The position numbers and the translations under genes are program-made. The notes beneath the pieces are model-generated. The model was not told the DNA's origin. It did no database searches and saw only the letters and a list, made by a program, of their open reading frames with translations. A stretch of 53,707 bases of DNA, filler included, from Ionaspis alba (taxonomy: Eukaryota), in assembly GCA_964255285.1 (NCBI GenBank). It is 3 parts of 3 records of this genome, joined end to end, with 100 filler letters (N's around TTAATTAATTAA, not from the genome) between each part and the next. Parts side by side here need not be neighbours in the genome. Positions count along the whole stretch, not along the records: positions 35,904 to 53,707 come from CAXUUL010000310.1; 2 more parts are not named here. One strand, written 5' to 3'. This document shows, piece after piece, positions 49,861-53,707 of the stretch (the stretch's first letter is position 1; the number at the start of each line of letters is the position of its first letter).

Positions 49861-51516
49861 TTATCCCTTTCGACCTTCTAGTCTTGCCCTAAATCTATCG
49901 ACACTCTCCGCTTCCCATGTCATGTCGGTCCTCACCCTAATCGTATCTTCTCTCATCTCTGGCGTTCCCAGCCTTCCCCAGTACGCTGTTCTATTTGTCC
50001 GCCCTTCGTCCAGTGACGAGGCGATGTACCCAAGGTTCTCATCATACTCTGCATACTCAATTCTGGAAGGTCCTTTCGCGAAGGTGATCACATCCTTTTC
50101 CGACACCGGCGATGACACAATCTCTTCGGAGGCTGTAGTTGCCGTAGATCGAAACCAGGTCCTTCCAGTCTTGGACCCGCTAGTACTCTTCTTGCTGCTC
50201 GTAACCAATGCCGAGCCGGAGCTGGAGCTTCGAGGTAGCATACGTCGCACGAAAGTGCCCGTCGATGAGGACGAGCCCGAACGAAGGGACGAGAAACGTG
50301 CGGCGATCGCTGAGCGCGTGAAGGCGGGGACGACGACGGGAAAGCAGGCGCAGACTATGCCGACTGTTGGCTCAACGGCGGTCCAAATGAGGACATCTGA
50401 GGTGTTGTAGGTTGCGTCGCTGGAGAGGGAAGGGTTTGTGGTCTCCGAGTAGGTCGCATAGAGACGTATGATGGAGGCCGCGCAGGCGCTGGTGGGAATG
50501 TCAGAATGTTTGGTAGTGAGGAGAATGATCAAGGAGTCTGGAGTCATGGCGGAAGATGGGTCGATGCTTGGCGGCCGAGAGGAAGAGATTGAAAAAGATC
50601 TTGGCTTACATCAGACCAACAGAGAAAATCGCGATAAGTTCGAGCTTGCGCCGTAGCGTCATTTGTAGCTTAGAGAGCATGATCATAGGCAGACCGAAGA
50701 GGGCGAGGTCGCCAAGGGCATTGGAGGCGTTAGTGGCGAGCTCGAGTGGAACTGTCTGCACGTTGCATGTCCCTGAGTAGGTAGGGTCGTCGCTGTGCCA
50801 GAGCTTCGAAGGTGGATTACATTGAAACATAATGCCGAAGAAGCTCGAAAGGGCCCATGCAGTAACAAAAGCCATGGTGATGTAGTAGCAGATACGAAAG
50901 GTCCGATTGAACAGGGTAAAGATGCGGCGGTATAGAAAAAGAATGGAGCTGTCGAAGTTTAGTGTTTCCAACTGGAGAGTGAAGGAAAGTGGTACCAACA
51001 ATTTCACGAAAAAATGGACAACAGCGTAAGTGAGGGAAAGAAAATAGATTGTCTAGCAAGATAATTAGCAGGGTAGACAGTGAGTTGTTGAGATACCACA
51101 TACCTCAATCAATTTTGATATATTTTCTGGCTGTACTGCAACAAGATGCCTGCCGTTGCCAAAACTCACAGCTAGATTATCATCAGGCAAGCTTAGATGA
51201 GTAGGATAGGGCAGGGTCCACTGACCGATAATGTTCTGTACGCAAAGCATGACGGTGAAGAACTGATTGGGTATCGTCAGTATTGGCAACAGATCAAGAT
51301 TTACGAATGTAGGCTCACCAGGGCAGGTATCATGAAGTAATCATCAGCTTGCGAGGGCAATCTCCTGATCCATCGAGCGGCGAACCTCATTGTCACTGAA
51401 ATACTTGCAATGACAATAAGTGCTATGCTGACACCATTGATCAACGGACCTCGATCCTCATCTATGTGCATCATCTGATAATGAAGATCCTCGAATGTAG
51501 GTTGTGTAGCCGTCAT
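49861..51516 (-). CDS. PTH11-like (fungal rhodopsin-domain) integral membrane protein without a CFEM domain; multi-exon
   Basis: Spliced product has VTMRFAAR..DDYF, GNGRH, VKFSILFLYRRIF, FQCNP..W, DLALFGLP...LQMTLRRK, ACAASIIRL and WTAVEPTVGIVCACFP, the typical PTH11-like signature series. Confidence 0.88.
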
Positions 51517-52699
51517 CTTGATGTATTATTGGAAATTATATCGACTCTGGGGCTGGTGCTAATAATATCGAAACAGCACTGGAGAATTCTCCAGCTCCCC
51601 AAATATGAATAGAGAAGTAGACGCAAGGCAAGACATCATGATATAGGGCGTTCTTGGAAGCCAGTCCAAAAATCATCATTGACAAAGCCAGAATCTGGAA
51701 CATGAAAGGTCACACAAAACAAGCCATACCATGTGGTTACAATGGCCGGCAATTGTCCTGCTGCTGATCTTCGTCTGAAGGCAACAGCATTTCTGCTCGC
51801 CTTGTATGCACTGCAACGCTGGCTTGGTGGGCTGCAGGAGGTCGGCATCCTCGACCTGCAACCATCATGAAAACGAGTTACCGAACTTTGATGTTGCGAG
51901 AAGCCGCTAGATGAAGATATACATTTCGGCAGATGGAAGCTATCTTCCAGTCCACGGCTACCGATGTCTGATTAGTTATGTTCCCTGTCAGCATCGATCG
52001 AAGACATCTGCTCCACGGCTGGGCCCTTGAAAAAGGTCGGATCATTGGAGGTGATGCCATAATTCCACGCCTAAGAGAGTGCGGGCCGCCGTTAGGCTTC
52101 TTACGCACGAGAAGGCGCACGGTTGAGCAGTTTGAGCGGGTTGCAGTGGCTGAGACATCGAACGAATGGAATGCAGTTCTACAAGCCTATCGCTAATGAT
52201 TTGACAGATGTGCCAGCGAGCGAACTGTCTTGATTGGTGTGGTTGCAGCGACGCGGCACGATCCACATGTTCCTTTTTCCTGGAGATGCTGTGCCACATC
52301 TCTGCTCTCTTTCCTGTTTCAGTCTTTGGTCTCATATCAGTATCATGATTCGTCTTTGGGAACCTTACTGGTGGGATTAGATAACCGAACGTCTCCCGCA
52401 AGGGACGGGAAGACTCAGCTTGACTTTGACTTTGCTTTTTCCTATCAATTCTGTGCGTGAAGCATGACATCCCTCTTTGAGCTCACTCTGCCTTGCTCAG
52501 CGACCATCAAGTTCATGGTTGCCGTTCACATGCCATAATCACCCTCCATCTCTGACTTCAGTCTCTACGAACAATCTGTCCAATACCACGGTCTAACCTA
52601 CCCGCAGGTACTACGGTATAGCCTGCCCGTATCACAGAGATACCTTCGCTTAACTCAATCCTACTGCCATTCAGCTGCCAGTCACACAACCTTACCATC

Positions 52700-53707
52700 A
52701 TGGAACCTCTCCCAGAAGCCGAGCTCACATTGGAAGGCCTGACAAGGCGAATCTCGGAATGTGCCCAAATCATCAGCGACTGCATCAAAGAGCAGAATCT
52801 CCCTCCACTATCATTCGATGTTGGTAGTCCAAGGCGGTTGCATATCCCTCCTACACAAGTAGCGGCACAACTTGCTCGACTTAGCCTCTGAGATGCCACC
52901 GGACTACTGCAAAGCCTGGTAACTGGTCTCGTGGATAGTGTCCATAGACTATCACGTGCTATGAGCTGTCTCGAAGATCTTATCTACCTGCACCATTGTG
53001 CTGAAGCTTTTTCAGCACCATGATACATCGGCCTTAAGGACCATATACCGCTTCAAGCTCGCTGAGGCTGTTCCGCTAGATGATGATATATCTTACTCGG
53101 AGGTAACCTCCAAGGTTGGCTTGGATGAAGACCGCACTCGGCGTATCATGCAGTTCGTTATCCCCAATGGTGTTTTCAAACAAACCCAACCGGGACGAGT
53201 GGCGCATACGGGCATGTCATATGCTCTGGCTACGGATGAGAACTTGAAGACTATGGTCGGGCATGACACCGAGGATGTGTACCCATCAGCAGCAGCATAT
53301 ACAGACGTCTTGGAGAAGCGGAGGGAATATGATGGGGACCCGTCTAAGACAGGGTTCCAGGCTACATTCAGCACTGAAGCACCGATGTTTGAACATTTCG
53401 CACAGCACCCTGAAAGACTGCAGAGGTTTGGCCAGGCCATGAGCTCTTGGGCGTTCCTGGCAGTTCGTTTGATACTGCCCATGCAATCAGGGCTTTTAAT
53501 TGGGAATCTCTCGGCGACGCGACGATTGTGGATGTAAGTATTCTTCTACCTCCTACTGGTGTTCGATCACGGTTGCGCAAGGTATCAACGATTGATCTCG
53601 ATAGGTCGGTGGCTCCAAAAGTCATGTCAGCGTTGCCATTACCAAAGCCGCCCCTTCTCTCAAATTCGTCATTCAAGACAATGCCGAAATCCTCAAGACG
53701 GGTGAAG
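52700..53707 (+). pseudogene. Disrupted SAM-dependent O-methyltransferase (fungal secondary-metabolism type), runs off the window end
   Basis: LPPLSFD N-terminus, YRFKLAEAVP..ISYSE, GRVAHT, RFGQAM and WESLGDATIVD|VGGS..H..LKFVIQD. In-frame TGA at 52889-52891 and a frameshift near 53450. Confidence 0.8.

Noticed and set aside
26477..51516. G-alpha plus PTH11-like receptor as a signalling cluster
   Set aside because: They are over 20 kb apart, separated by unrelated genes and an artificial linker join.

Overview
Eukaryotic, intron-rich DNA from a filamentous ascomycete (Pezizomycotina; the species cannot be determined from this window). It is a draft scaffold with six 100-nt gaps, two of which carry an artificial TTAATTAATTAA linker. 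Most of the window is conserved housekeeping genes that I could splice by hand: VMA22, MET16 (PAPS reductase), MET3 (ATP sulfurylase), ISD11, a conserved hypothetical protein, KTI12, a C2H2 transcription factor, a USE1-like SNARE, a group I G-alpha, an MFS sugar porter, an epoxide hydrolase, CDC14, RDH54/RAD54B, NRDE2 and UTP10. The rest are a PTH11-like membrane protein, an orphan gene, a disrupted O-methyltransferase and a decaying accessory island (about 15.2-17.3 kb) with a frameshifted trypsin-like serine protease. I found no tRNA, rRNA, CRISPR array or recognisable transposon, and I cannot claim a clearly new biological system. The best leads are: a sulfur-gene neighbourhood with a shared upstream motif and a degron-like peptide; the protease island; unusual intron architecture in the G-alpha gene; and a recurrent C-rich to G-rich switch inside coding sequences. 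All family assignments come from motif recognition, not database searches.
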